Notes: a model not told the origin generated them from the letters alone. Positions 8,517-18,899 are shown, counted from the stretch's first letter. The stretch is DNA of 64,000 nucleotides from an uncultured Kofleriaceae bacterium (GCA_964618145.1 CAZTZR010000002.1:384-64383), one strand, 5' to 3'. Program-made: numbers and translations.

Positions 8517-9560
8517 TCATTCCGGCGAAGACTCTTCCTGACTTTCGTCCACCGGTTCCATCACTGGCATGACAATGATGCGCAGCGGATTTTCCCGATC
8601 ATCCAGATATATTGTCTGTACCTTCTCCAGGGGAAGATCCATTGTGGCCAGCAGTTGGTCCAGATACACCAGCCGGGCGGGCAAATCCGACGGTTCCAGA
8701 TGAATGGCACAGGGAGAATGTTTCAGGTACAACACCACCACATCATTGGCCAGATAGATTTCACTCAGTTCCGGACGGGCCGGATTTTCCTGATACAGTT
8801 TCAGGATTTCAAGACTCCGGCGGACGGCACGATGCACCATCCGGGGTTTGTTCCGGAACAACTCCCGGGACAATCCCGTGACGATCACTTTCTGGCGCAA
8901 TTCCTCGGGAGCCGCACGCTTGAAGATCTCGCCTTCCGGATTGATCAGGTAAAAGGGGGTACTTTCGATATCGCAGGGTTCGTTGTCGCAGGAGGAGTCG
9001 CCGGAAAACAGGATGGCCAACACGCTCTCATGCTCGGTGACTTCGATGTGCAGGGTGGAAGGGAGGCTTTTCCACACGGAAACTGCCTTCACCCAGGGAT
9101 GCATCAGTATGCGCTTTCTGACATCCCCCGGACGAATCCTGAAAAGGTTTTGGCCCCAGGACAATTGTGCCATGGATATGAGCGTTTCCCTGTCCGCATG
9201 GTACGTAGGGCTGATTTCAATGTGTTTCAGACCGAAATTCGGAGAATTGTACAGATACTGATAACCCTTCCATGCTCCCAGGGCCAAAATGCCCATGAAC
9301 AGCAGGCCCGTGACACCGAGATGAAATTGCCTGGACAGCAACAACCGGACCGGGGCACTTCGCCGCAACCTTTCAACCAGCCGGTCTTCGGGGCGGGAGT
9401 TTTCCCCTTTGGTGTCCCCTTTGGTTTCAGATTCCTTTTCCTGGGGATCTCCTTCGGGTTCCGAAGTGTCCGTTTCGGGATTTTTCAGGGGACGAATGGG
9501 TACAACGCCGGTGGTTTTCTTTACCGTTTTCCTCGTGCGTTGCTTCCCCGGTCCCTTCAT
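8517..9560 (-). CDS. ftsQ: Cell division protein FtsQ (POTRA domain), with a long basic/acidic N-terminal cytoplasmic extension
   Basis: Single TM helix (VTGLLFMGILALGAW) followed by a POTRA-like region. Immediately downstream of murC with a 4-bp overlap. Confidence 0.75.
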   Translation of the reverse strand: MKGPGKQRTRKTVKKTTGVVPIRPLKNPETDTSEPEGDPQEKESETKGDTKGENSRPEDRLVERLRRSAPVRLLLSRQFHLGVTGLLFMGILALGAWKGYQYLYNSPNFGLKHIEISPTYHADRETLISMAQLSWGQNLFRIRPGDVRKRILMHPWVKAVSVWKSLPSTLHIEVTEHESVLAILFSGDSSCDNEPCDIESTPFYLINPEGEIFKRAAPEELRQKVIVTGLSRELFRNKPRMVHRAVRRSLEILKLYQENPARPELSEIYLANDVVVLYLKHSPCAIHLEPSDLPARLVYLDQLLATMDLPLEKVQTIYLDDRENPLRIIVMPVMEPVDESQEESSPE

Positions 9561-10948
9561 GGTTCCTGCAAACGATCCAGAAGTTTTCCTGACAACTGCG
9601 TAATGGTACCGGCACCCAGCATCAGAACCAGATCACCGGGTTCCAGGCGGGACACAAGCGTTTCCAGTGTACTGTCCAGATCTCCGGTGGCCATGGCTGT
9701 CTTGTTGCTCAGACGACTGATGCCCTCGGCCAGGGACACCGAGTCAATGCCCGGAATCAACAGTTCACCGGCACCGTAGATATCCGTCACCAGAACTTCA
9801 TCGGCCGCAAAAAACGCCCGGCCGAACTCGGTAAATAGCGCCTGTACACGGGTATAACGATGGGGTTGCAAAACAGCCCAGAGCCGGCGGTGGGGATAGC
9901 CCTGCCGGGCAGCGGACAAGGTGGCCGCGATCTCCGTGGGATGATGGGCGTAATCATCCACCACCATCACCCCTCCTTTTTCACCACGTATGGAGAAACG
10001 TCTGTCCACGCCGGCGAAGTTTTCCAGGGAAGTGGCAATTTCCCCGAAGTCAATGCCCAGTTCCACCCCGAGAACCACGGTAGCCAGGGAATTCAGCACA
10101 TTGTGGCGTCCCAGCATTCGAAGACGGATTTCTCCGAGAAGTTTGCCGTGACGCAAAACGGAATAGCGGCTTCCATGACCTTCGGGCACCACATCCACCG
10201 CCTGATAATGGGCCTTTCTGGAAAACCCGTAGGTGATGTTGCGACGGTGGACCCGTTCCACCAGTTCCTGGCAGTTTTCGTTGTCAATGCAGACTATGTT
10301 GAATCCGTAAAACGGAATGCTGGAGCAGAACTGTGTGAAACTGTCCACAATCTGTTCCAGGGAACTGTAGTGATCCATGTGTTCTTCGTCGATGTTGGTG
10401 ACCACCGTGATCAACGGACGCAGGAACAAAAAGGAGCCGTCACTCTCGTCGGCTTCCACCACAATCAGTCCCCCGCTGCCGCGGTGGGCGTTGGTACCGA
10501 TGGCATTGAGTTTTCCTCCGATGACAACCGTCGGATCCTGATGGGTCAGGATGGTTGCACACAATGAGGTGGTGGTGGTCTTGCCATGGGTCCCGGCAAT
10601 GGCAATGCCATCTCCGAAACGCAAGAGTTCGGCGAGCATCTCCGCCCTTGGAATCACCGGAATGTCCAGATTGCGGGCCCGCATCAGTTCGGGATTTTCC
10701 GGACGGATGGCCGAAGAAAACACTACCACGGCAGCTCCCTCCACCGCATCGGGGTGATGCCCGATATTGATCTGCACACCGTGTTCCCGCAACCGCTGGG
10801 TGTTCTCGTTTTCCCGCAAATCGGATCCCGTGACCATGTATCCGAGTTCAATGAAAATCTCCGCGATGCCACTCATCCCGATGCCACCGATACCGACAAA
10901 ATGGATGCGCCGGACGCGTTCCTGAAACAAGATGCCTGGTTCTTTCAT
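9557..10948 (-). CDS. murC: UDP-N-acetylmuramate--L-alanine ligase
   Basis: GIGGIGMSGIA, TGTHGKTTTT and DESDGSF Mur ligase motifs; 463 aa. Confidence 0.92.
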   Translation of the reverse strand: MKEPGILFQERVRRIHFVGIGGIGMSGIAEIFIELGYMVTGSDLRENENTQRLREHGVQINIGHHPDAVEGAAVVVFSSAIRPENPELMRARNLDIPVIPRAEMLAELLRFGDGIAIAGTHGKTTTTSLCATILTHQDPTVVIGGKLNAIGTNAHRGSGGLIVVEADESDGSFLFLRPLITVVTNIDEEHMDHYSSLEQIVDSFTQFCSSIPFYGFNIVCIDNENCQELVERVHRRNITYGFSRKAHYQAVDVVPEGHGSRYSVLRHGKLLGEIRLRMLGRHNVLNSLATVVLGVELGIDFGEIATSLENFAGVDRRFSIRGEKGGVMVVDDYAHHPTEIAATLSAARQGYPHRRLWAVLQPHRYTRVQALFTEFGRAFFAADEVLVTDIYGAGELLIPGIDSVSLAEGISRLSNKTAMATGDLDSTLETLVSRLEPGDLVLMLGAGTITQLSGKLLDRLQEP

Positions 10949-11014
10949 GAAATGCTCCGAAACCGGATGACAGTCCAGACCCTTTCGGGGTCCAGGTGAA
11001 CGTATCCGGGAAAC

Positions 11015-13216
11015 TTACTTGGTGGGATCATCCCAGATGTTGCCCTGGAATCCGGGGGTGGTGGGGGTGGTGGTACCCGGACCCTTGTAGATCACCTTCG
11101 GGTCCTGCTGCGGACATTGCCAGGTGTACGGGGCGGGAAGCGTCTGGGCCACCCTCTCCTCTGGCTTCCAGTAGCGATACGTGATGTTGATCGAACAGAC
11201 CCGCTTTTCCTCTCCAGCCTTTTTCTCGGACTCGAAGAACTTCTGGAAATCGGAAGTCACCTTCAATTCATTGGTACCCAACTGCATAAGTACCCAGGAG
11301 GGTTTCAGCAATGCATTGAAAGGGCTTTCAGGTTTCATGGCCAGCACCACCAGGCCACTGGCGGTCTTCTGGAAGGCCCAGTTGAGCCCCGGGAAAAACC
11401 GGACCAGCGTCATGCCCTCGTATTCCTCGCGGGTGGATAGGGAGGTAATGATCTCCTCCACCGCACGCAGGGGAAAATCCATGCGGATGTAGACCTTGAA
11501 GTATTCATTCTGTGGAACCTTGTCCCGGGTTTCCACAAACTTCTCCCAATAGGATTCCCGGTGCTTCAGGTCCCGGCCGTAGGCAATCTTGAAGGAGGTG
11601 GAGATGTCCCGCTGGATGTCACGGATCTGGTTCATGATCTCCCGCTGGCGATCCCGGTTGCCGCCCATGGTCCGGTAGCGGCTGAGAAGATCTTCACGGG
11701 GCTGGTAATACAGGCCGCGAATGACGGTCTTCCATACGCCGTCCTTGTCGGCAATGCGGTTTCCGATGTGTTCCACCAACAAGTCCAGGGCCCACCCCTC
11801 GGCATCCGCGATACCACTCTTTTCATCGGGGGCATCCAGCACACTGGTATAGATGATCAGGTTGCCATCCTTCTCGAGAATGACGTGCTCGTCCTTGACC
11901 CATTCCGGGCGGGCGTCAGCGGAACTGCTGACCCTCTCCGTCACCAGTTCGGAACCTCCCGTCTGCTGGCTTCCGATCCGCTTGTACAGGAACCAGCCTC
12001 CGGCGGTAACGGCTATGATCAACAACAACACCGTAATGGCCAGACCGATGAAACTGCTCCCCACTGCCGCCGGTTCCGGGGCAACCGCAGTGGACGCAGC
12101 CTGGGCCTTCTTCAGTTCGTCCTTCACATTCTCTACGAACTTGATCCAGTTCTTTCCGAAATCCGGTTTGGGCAGCACGGCCAGTTTGGCCAGAAGGCTC
12201 TCCTGCACCTGGGCAAACGCCTTGCCCTTGCAGTCCGGGCAAGGCAACTCCGGTGCCGTGGCAAATTTGAGCACTTCAAAGTTTTCATCCACATTCACCC
12301 GCAGGTCCATGGTGGTGTTGCATGCAGTACAGGTGTACGGCAGGAAAAAATCCACAATGCGGGCCTTGCCGCCGGCCATGGCCTGGGGAATCAGCAACTT
12401 CTCCAGAAAGGTGTGGGGCACCCCCAACAGATAGATGGTCTGCACCAGGGGCTCCATGGTAGACATCATCTGCAACCATACGGAAGCACCCTCTTCGTGG
12501 ATCTCCCCGACACCATGCAGGTCCATGACCACCACACCCTCAACCCCCTCGGCGATCTTGCGACCCGGAAAGGAACCGTCCAGATCCCCGATGAACCGGA
12601 TATAGGTGGCATCCCCCACGTGCTTGTCGATCTTGAGTTTCTGTTTTTTCGAGGAAACCTTGTAGCGGAGTCGGTGCGCCAGAAAGGAAATCACCTCCGG
12701 ATCCGGCTCGGGTTTGTCCTGGCTGGCCAGATAGGAGAGGAAACTGTCGGGATCTTCGTCCAGATACTCCGCATTACCGCACTTCTCGCAGGGCTGGTCC
12801 GGAATCTTCTTGTCCTTGATGGTGTCAAAATGGTCCGCCACCTCCAGCAGAATGCTGTCGTCCCGCTCGCAATAGTCACAATGATAAGGAGCAAAGAAAC
12901 TCAGAATCCGGCCCTTTCCGCCGAAATTCGCGACCATGTTGAACTGGTCGATGAGTCGCGGCGGGCACTTGATGAAGTAGATGGCTTCACAGCGTTCGTT
13001 CGCCACCTTCAGGAATTCAAGCCACTCCCGGATACCGAAGGAACTGATGCGCCGGACACCGGAAAGGTCCACAATGAGCGTATCCTTGATGCCCTCGGCA
13101 ATCTGCTTGGAGTTGAAACTTTCGTCGATGGTACCGTTGAACTGCAACGCAGTGATTTTCTCTTCGACGATCTTGCGGACTTCCAGACGGGATTCTTCAG
13201 CCATATTGATCTCCAA
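11015..13216 (-). CDS. Membrane sensor protein: cytoplasmic tandem [STAS (anti-sigma-antagonist-like) + Cys4 zinc ribbon] x2, one TM helix, ~330-aa extracytoplasmic domain
   Basis: STAS-like segments (LIVDLSGVRRISSFGIREWLEFLK... and VVVMDLHGVGEIHEEGASVWLQMM...), each followed by CxxC...CxxC (HCDYCE...CEKCG and CTAC...CPDCK). TM helix SSFIGLAITVLLLIIAVTAGGWFLY. Long hydrophilic C-terminal domain. Confidence 0.6.
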   Translation of the reverse strand: MEINMAEESRLEVRKIVEEKITALQFNGTIDESFNSKQIAEGIKDTLIVDLSGVRRISSFGIREWLEFLKVANERCEAIYFIKCPPRLIDQFNMVANFGGKGRILSFFAPYHCDYCERDDSILLEVADHFDTIKDKKIPDQPCEKCGNAEYLDEDPDSFLSYLASQDKPEPDPEVISFLAHRLRYKVSSKKQKLKIDKHVGDATYIRFIGDLDGSFPGRKIAEGVEGVVVMDLHGVGEIHEEGASVWLQMMSTMEPLVQTIYLLGVPHTFLEKLLIPQAMAGGKARIVDFFLPYTCTACNTTMDLRVNVDENFEVLKFATAPELPCPDCKGKAFAQVQESLLAKLAVLPKPDFGKNWIKFVENVKDELKKAQAASTAVAPEPAAVGSSFIGLAITVLLLIIAVTAGGWFLYKRIGSQQTGGSELVTERVSSSADARPEWVKDEHVILEKDGNLIIYTSVLDAPDEKSGIADAEGWALDLLVEHIGNRIADKDGVWKTVIRGLYYQPREDLLSRYRTMGGNRDRQREIMNQIRDIQRDISTSFKIAYGRDLKHRESYWEKFVETRDKVPQNEYFKVYIRMDFPLRAVEEIITSLSTREEYEGMTLVRFFPGLNWAFQKTASGLVVLAMKPESPFNALLKPSWVLMQLGTNELKVTSDFQKFFESEKKAGEEKRVCSINITYRYWKPEERVAQTLPAPYTWQCPQQDPKVIYKGPGTTTPTTPGFQGNIWDDPTK

Positions 13217-13242
13217 TCAAGTATTGAAACAGGGCATGGGTC

Positions 13243-14196
13243 CTATTCATGAAAAACATGCACTGATCTGGGCAAAGTTGTAAATTCACGCCGGTTCAAA
13301 CCCAAATCATAAAGTACCGTAACTTCAGTGCTGATTCCAGGTTTTATCGTGAAAAAACTGGCATAGCCGTGTTGATAGATGTACATCATCCCCAACCCGG
13401 CCCCTCCTCCTTCGGTGTCGATCTGGCCGGCCTGGGACAAGGCCCGGTGCATACCCCCGAAGACATGCTTCCGTTTGAGTCCCCCGAAAGGATCACGTAC
13501 GGAAACTGCCAGGGTTTCCCCATCGGTTCCGATGCAGAAGGAAGCCGCCTGATGTTCTTCAAGTTGGACTTCCTGTTTGCGATCCTGGGCGTACAGGTGC
13601 TGTCCCTGTTCATCCACGGGCGCATCATACACGGCATTCATCAGCAACTCATGGGTCAGTTCAGCGAATGACTCCTGCACTTTCGGTGGCGTCCCCAGTT
13701 TCTCGCAGAAGGTGGGAACCCAGTCCACAATCAGGTGGAGATCCTCCGAGCTGAAAACAGGGGTTTCATGCAGGCGTGCTCCCCAGTGCAAAAACGGCTT
13801 TACACCCTCAATATCATAACTCTTGATGTGGCGACGCACCACATGAAGCACTTCCCAGAGCCTCAGCGGATTGGCGGCCCGGCGTCCGAAAATGTGATCC
13901 ACGCGGGCATCCGAAGCGGCCACTCCAAGGGCGCTGGCGGGATCCTCCTCCATGAGCACCAGAATGGCACACTCCGGAGGTGCCGCAACAAGAGCCAATT
14001 GTAAAAAACACTCGGATACCAGGAGAATCCTGGTATCCTCACCGAAATCTCCCGTGCTGGGAGCGCTCTCTTTTGTCAGACACTTCAGACCCGCAGCGAA
14101 GAACACTTTTTCCAGTCGACGCAGAGTGATGACATCCTTGTCGCAAGCCAGTATCATGGGCTTGTTTGTCGAATCGGTCATGAGTTTCCTGTCCAT
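13243..14196 (-). CDS. Receiver-like (probable pseudo-receiver) domain fused to a GHKL/HATPase_c anti-sigma-factor-type serine kinase domain (RsbW/SpoIIAB-like)
   Basis: N-terminal beta-alpha REC-like pattern with Glu at the usual phospho-Asp position (ILLVSE). C-terminal N-box ELLMNAVYDA and G2 box GGGAGLGMMY. 26 bp downstream of the STAS gene. Confidence 0.55.
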   Translation of the reverse strand: MDRKLMTDSTNKPMILACDKDVITLRRLEKVFFAAGLKCLTKESAPSTGDFGEDTRILLVSECFLQLALVAAPPECAILVLMEEDPASALGVAASDARVDHIFGRRAANPLRLWEVLHVVRRHIKSYDIEGVKPFLHWGARLHETPVFSSEDLHLIVDWVPTFCEKLGTPPKVQESFAELTHELLMNAVYDAPVDEQGQHLYAQDRKQEVQLEEHQAASFCIGTDGETLAVSVRDPFGGLKRKHVFGGMHRALSQAGQIDTEGGGAGLGMMYIYQHGYASFFTIKPGISTEVTVLYDLGLNRREFTTLPRSVHVFHE

Positions 14197-14322
14197 GAAT
14201 CGGGTTTCCGGGACACCTGAACCATCCCGGTCTCATGAAAAATCCAAAACAGTATAATGAAGTCTTCCAAAATCCTCAAGAATCATCTAGTATTCTTTGG
14301 CGGGACAACTCATATTTCCCTG

Positions 14323-15411
14323 ATGGAGTCATCCATGACAACACTTTTTCTTGCATTTTTCATCCTTTCCACACCGGACCCGATGGCTGCCAACCTGCTG
14401 TCGGAAGGCCAGAAGTTCTATAATGACGGTGATGTCGCCCGTGCAGCCACCCTGTATGATGCCTACCTCCAACTGGTTCCCCGGGACAGGGATATCCTTT
14501 TGCGGTTGGCGGAACTTTATCAGTCCAGCGGAAGAAACGATCAGGCCGTGCCCCATTACCAGAACCTCCTGAAACACTTCTGCGGCAAAACCTGCAAGGA
14601 AAACTGTTTCAGCGAGGCAGAATGCAGGCGAACCGGGGAAATCGTGAAACGCATTTCCTCCGTCGCCACCGATGATGACCAGGTGCCGCTTTCGGCCCGG
14701 GTCCCCGAAATGGCAGCGAAGGTGTTTTCCCAGGCCGTGGAACTGAAGAAAAAGCGCAATTTCGAGGAAGCCCGGAAGTTTCTTACCGTGGCGCTGAAAC
14801 TGGATCCCGATCTGGTGGGAGTCTACCGTCATCTCGGTGAAGTGTACGAACAACTCAAGGATCAGAAGCAGGCAGATGAATTCTATCTCTGGTACCTGAG
14901 GGTACGGCCTGCCGGCCCCCTGGCGGCGCAGGTCCGCGGAAAACTCAGTGAGGAAGCCACCAAAAACCTTGCACGCCTCACACTGAACGCCTCGTGGAAC
15001 TGCTTTATCGTCATCGGATCGGAATCCCTCACGGACACCCGCGGCAAGGCCATCCGCACCCCCGTAAAGGAACTGACCCTTCCGGCAGGCCGATACGGCA
15101 TCGGTTTCGTCTGTCCGGAACAGCATCTGGCACGCCGGTTCTGGGTGGATCTTGCCGCCCAGGAAAACCGGACCCTGGATTTTGAGTTCGGAGCCATCGT
15201 GGTGAACATGAATCCCTGGGCCCGCATTCTGGCGGCCCCTGTCGTCACCGAAGGAAAGCAGCAGTTCATGGATCTTGGCCTGTTTGACATCATCGGCCTG
15301 CCAGCGGGAAAATACACGGTCAAGCTGAACGCCTTTGACAAATCCCGCACCAAAACCATGAATCTGGAAATCAAGCCAAAGGAAATCGTCCGCATCACCC
15401 AGTGGGACTGA
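14323..15411 (+). CDS. Secreted TPR-repeat protein
   Basis: Signal peptide (MTTLFLAFFILSTPDPMAA) and TPR-like helical repeats (YNDGDVARAATLYDAYLQLVP..., ARKFLTVALKLDPDLVGVYRHLGEVYEQL). Start could be 14323 or 14335. Confidence 0.55.
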   Translation: MESSMTTLFLAFFILSTPDPMAANLLSEGQKFYNDGDVARAATLYDAYLQLVPRDRDILLRLAELYQSSGRNDQAVPHYQNLLKHFCGKTCKENCFSEAECRRTGEIVKRISSVATDDDQVPLSARVPEMAAKVFSQAVELKKKRNFEEARKFLTVALKLDPDLVGVYRHLGEVYEQLKDQKQADEFYLWYLRVRPAGPLAAQVRGKLSEEATKNLARLTLNASWNCFIVIGSESLTDTRGKAIRTPVKELTLPAGRYGIGFVCPEQHLARRFWVDLAAQENRTLDFEFGAIVVNMNPWARILAAPVVTEGKQQFMDLGLFDIIGLPAGKYTVKLNAFDKSRTKTMNLEIKPKEIVRITQWD

Positions 15412-16815
15412 TCAAAAGGCCGCGACCTTCATCGTCACATAATACAGAACCGTATCCGTCCCATACAAACCCCGGCACACACCAATGGCGGCATGGGTGC
15501 CCTTGGCATGCTGCATGTTCAGCCGGTGTCCTTCGCTCTTGATCCAGGCGGCCACCACTTCTTCGGGCGAAGGTCCCATGGCTACATTCTCCGCCACCAG
15601 TTGGGGTTTGAGTCCTGCCTTGATCACCCGGTTCAGGGGGGAACCGGTACTCCCGGAGATATGGAATATCTTGCGGTGTTGGCACATTTCTTCGCTGTGG
15701 CTGCGGGAGAGGGCCGCCAGTTTCGCATGGTGCAAAAACGGCTTCATGTTGAGTCGTTTGCGGTATTCGTTGACCCTGTCCATAACATCCTTTTCGAAAA
15801 CATCAATACTTATCTCCCTGGTTGGTTCCTGCATGCGTGCCGCAGTCTTCTTCTCTGCATAGGATTCTCCGCAACCCACCGGAAACAGGGCTGCCACAAA
15901 CGGCCCCTGGGCATCCTTTCCCAGAAGTTCCACATTGTAAAAACCCCGTTTGTCCTGGTCATTGCAGAAATCCAGCCGGACCGTAAACGAACCGTCCGCA
16001 GCGAGTTTCACCGGCATTCTGGCAATTCCCTCGTCCGGGGAAGTCACCAGGACCTCCAGTCCAAAGGTACCTCTCTCCATGGTACCCTTTACGGTCAGAA
16101 AATCCCCGGGTTCCACCCAACGGGGAAACGGGGCATGGGACAACCGGCGTTTCTGCATCAACAGGACCAGAACATCTGAACCGTCATCCTTTTTGCCCCT
16201 TGCAAAACCAAAATGGGTGATTCCATGCTGGCTACGGTATTGATGGAGGTTTTTGGCCACCCATTGGGCCATGAAGGCATCATCATACCCGGAAGCCACC
16301 AGATAATTCTGCAGGATCCACGGACTGGAGATCCCCCAGCGGGAAGCTATTTCCATCAACGAACTCGGTTGCAGCGGCTTGCCCTGGAACACCAGCAAGT
16401 GTCCTGCAAGTCCACTGAGTGCCTGACTGTGTACTGTCGGGAGTTTGCCGGACTCAAACCGTTCCCGGATTTTATTATACATGGAAATAGAGTTTGCCGG
16501 CACTTCTTCGGAATCCGCATACTGGCGAATCACTACGGGCGGTACAGGAACCGTCACGGATTTCTCCCCAGGTTCGTCAACGGGAGTGCCTCCCTTGACC
16601 TCCGGATGCACGATCTCCCGGTTTTGTGCCCTCCCCTCCACCATGGTGGCCCCGTGGACCGTTTCCGGCCGGCTGGATGTTCCCTGTTGGGTGCAATGAG
16701 CCAACAACAGACATCCGAAATACAGGAGTCCAAAAGAAATGCGGTACCCCTGTATCGTGGAGTGCACGCCATTGCCCAATGGGCACGCAACAAATGAAAT
16801 ACCCGGATTCATCAT
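15412..16815 (-). CDS. Lipoprotein with C-terminal CAP (SCP/PR-1/YkwD-like) domain
   Basis: Lipobox LLLAHC after a signal peptide starting MMNPGISF. C-terminal CAP signature region (VNEYRKRLNMKPF...HSEEMCQHRKIFHIS...GENVAMG...WIKSEGHRLNM). The track start at 17238 is an unlikely 141-codon upstream extension. Confidence 0.65.
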   Translation of the reverse strand: MMNPGISFVACPLGNGVHSTIQGYRISFGLLYFGCLLLAHCTQQGTSSRPETVHGATMVEGRAQNREIVHPEVKGGTPVDEPGEKSVTVPVPPVVIRQYADSEEVPANSISMYNKIRERFESGKLPTVHSQALSGLAGHLLVFQGKPLQPSSLMEIASRWGISSPWILQNYLVASGYDDAFMAQWVAKNLHQYRSQHGITHFGFARGKKDDGSDVLVLLMQKRRLSHAPFPRWVEPGDFLTVKGTMERGTFGLEVLVTSPDEGIARMPVKLAADGSFTVRLDFCNDQDKRGFYNVELLGKDAQGPFVAALFPVGCGESYAEKKTAARMQEPTREISIDVFEKDVMDRVNEYRKRLNMKPFLHHAKLAALSRSHSEEMCQHRKIFHISGSTGSPLNRVIKAGLKPQLVAENVAMGPSPEEVVAAWIKSEGHRLNMQHAKGTHAAIGVCRGLYGTDTVLYYVTMKVAAF

Positions 16816-17041
16816 GGAATTGCCTCTTGCCTGACCAGTTGCCAGGAAAGGAATCACCCGGAAAACCCGGAATGTTCCCCATACCAATTCATACAGGTTT
16901 TTTGATGTTTTGGGAGTGTTTTTTTCTTGTGGAGGTTCCGGGATTCTTTCCCTTTGATTTCCTGTTCGATTTCTGTTAGCCTTATCGCCCTGTGACTGGA
17001 TATGACTGAAGGTCATCAACACATCCATTGAGGAGTACACC

Positions 17042-17956
17042 ATGAAAAAATCCACCATTCTTCTTCTTTCCTTCGCTCTTCTGTTTGCGGTTGCCGCATG
17101 CAAGAAGAAAGGCTCCAAGTCCTCCGGAAAAGCTGCCGAAGCCACCAAGGCCGCTGCTGGAGAAAGTGCCGCCACCGCTGAAAAGGAACTGGGTCTCAAA
17201 CCCGGACTCATGCTTTCCCTGAATATCAAGTCCCTCAAGAAAACCCCGTTCTATGATGACATCCTCAAGGGCGTCAAATCGGATGAAACCACCGGAAAAT
17301 GCATGGAAAAAGCCCTTGAGTCCGCCGACTCCCTGTTGCTCATGATGGATGTTGCCGCCATGGTGGCTGACGAGAACAGTGAGCCCAACATGTATGTGGC
17401 GATTTTCGGCATTGATTCCAAGGAAACCATCGACTGCATCAAGAAGATGGAAGACAGTGATCTCAAGGAAGGCAAACTCAACGGAGCCGATGCCTTTGTT
17501 TCCGAAAAGGACGGAAAGAAATACATCTGGGCACCCAACGACAAGACCATCGTTGCCGTGGGCGGCAAATATTCCGAAAAAATCACTCCCGGAAAAGACG
17601 CCCTCGGAAAGGGTGAACTGAAGCCCTTCGGCGGTGACAAATCCATCGCCTTCAGCGTGGGTGAAGTAAAGAATCCCATGGTCAGTCTGAAGGAAGCTTC
17701 CGGCATGGTTGATTTCGCCAGCGGTCTTGCGGTCGACATTTCAGCCACCCTTTCGAGTGAAAAGGAAGCGGAAGAACTTGAAAAGCAGTATGAGCAAGGC
17801 AAAGCCATGGCGGAACCCCTGGGCATGGGAGATCTGGTGAAAAACCTGAAGTTCTCCCGCAAGGGCGCCACCCTGGGCATCAACCTGAAACTTTCTGACA
17901 GCGAGTTCAAGGGTCTGATCGAAAAAGCCAAGGGCATGGGCGGACTTTCCATGTAA
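17042..17956 (+). CDS. Lys/Glu-rich lipoprotein of unknown function
   Basis: Signal peptide plus lipobox (LLFAVAAC). Strong C/G third-position codon bias (AAG, GCC, TCC) suggests high expression. Confidence 0.6.
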   Translation: MKKSTILLLSFALLFAVAACKKKGSKSSGKAAEATKAAAGESAATAEKELGLKPGLMLSLNIKSLKKTPFYDDILKGVKSDETTGKCMEKALESADSLLLMMDVAAMVADENSEPNMYVAIFGIDSKETIDCIKKMEDSDLKEGKLNGADAFVSEKDGKKYIWAPNDKTIVAVGGKYSEKITPGKDALGKGELKPFGGDKSIAFSVGEVKNPMVSLKEASGMVDFASGLAVDISATLSSEKEAEELEKQYEQGKAMAEPLGMGDLVKNLKFSRKGATLGINLKLSDSEFKGLIEKAKGMGGLSM

Positions 17957-17987
17957 TTTCCCCCGCAAGTCTCGCTGATATCACTTA

Positions 17988-18899
17988 TCACACCGCCAAA
18001 AAACGCTCCAGCGTTTCCAGGGAAATGTTTTCGACCGGCCAGACATGCTCGGGAAGATCCCTGAACCAGGTCCGCTGCTGTCTGACATATTTTTCGTGGG
18101 CCCGAACGATCCGATCCTCCAGATCCTGCCGGGTGGCCCCCCGTACCAGCGTGTCCACCACCTCCCGGTATCCTACCGACTGCAGGGAACGCAAATCCGG
18201 CGAATACTGGTTCAGCAGGTTCTGCACTTCTTCCACAAACCCGTCCTGGAGCATTTTTTGCGCCCGGATACGGATGCGTGCAGACAGTTCCTCCCTGGGT
18301 GGATCCAGCACAAACATCAGGGATTTGCAGGGGGGAGGCTGAACTGCATGACGACGGTGATGCTCCGAGATGGGCAATCCTGTCTTTTCGTACACCTCCA
18401 GAGCCCTGACAAGCCGTACACGATCCCTCGGATGCAATCGGGCGGCCGTTTCCGGATCCACCTCATGCAGCCTCCCGTGCAACATCCCCGGGTTTGCATC
18501 TTCCGTTGCTTCCAGCCTCCTGCGCAATTCCAGGTCGGCAGCAGGACCCTCAAACAGGCCATTGGTGAGGGAACGGATGTAGAGCCCCGTTCCTCCCACC
18601 ACCACCGGCACCTTGCCCCGGGCAAGGATGCCATCAATACATGCCAGGGCCCAATGTTGGTAGGCTCCCACAGAGAACATTTCGTCGGGTTCGACCAGAT
18701 CAATTCCATGGTGGGGAACCTGGCTTCGCTCCTCTGCGGTGGGTTTGGCGGATCCAATGTCCAGTCGCCGGTAAACCTGCACCGAATCGGCTCCCACAAT
18801 CTCACCCCCCAACTGAAGGCATATCCGGATGGCCATCGCCGTTTTGCCACTGGCAGTCGGACCCGCCAGCACCAGAATCCGTCTTTTTGTGTTTGGCAT
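17988..18899 (-). CDS. miaA: tRNA dimethylallyltransferase
   Basis: P-loop LVLAGPTASGKTAMAI and characteristic GGTGLY motif. Confidence 0.9.
   Translation of the reverse strand: MPNTKRRILVLAGPTASGKTAMAIRICLQLGGEIVGADSVQVYRRLDIGSAKPTAEERSQVPHHGIDLVEPDEMFSVGAYQHWALACIDGILARGKVPVVVGGTGLYIRSLTNGLFEGPAADLELRRRLEATEDANPGMLHGRLHEVDPETAARLHPRDRVRLVRALEVYEKTGLPISEHHRRHAVQPPPCKSLMFVLDPPREELSARIRIRAQKMLQDGFVEEVQNLLNQYSPDLRSLQSVGYREVVDTLVRGATRQDLEDRIVRAHEKYVRQQRTWFRDLPEHVWPVENISLETLERFLAV

Noticed and set aside
15412-17238. 608-aa version of the CAP-domain protein
   Set aside because: The first 141 codons are Ala/Arg/Pro-rich and precede the evident signal peptide and lipobox. Start moved to MMNPGISF (16815).
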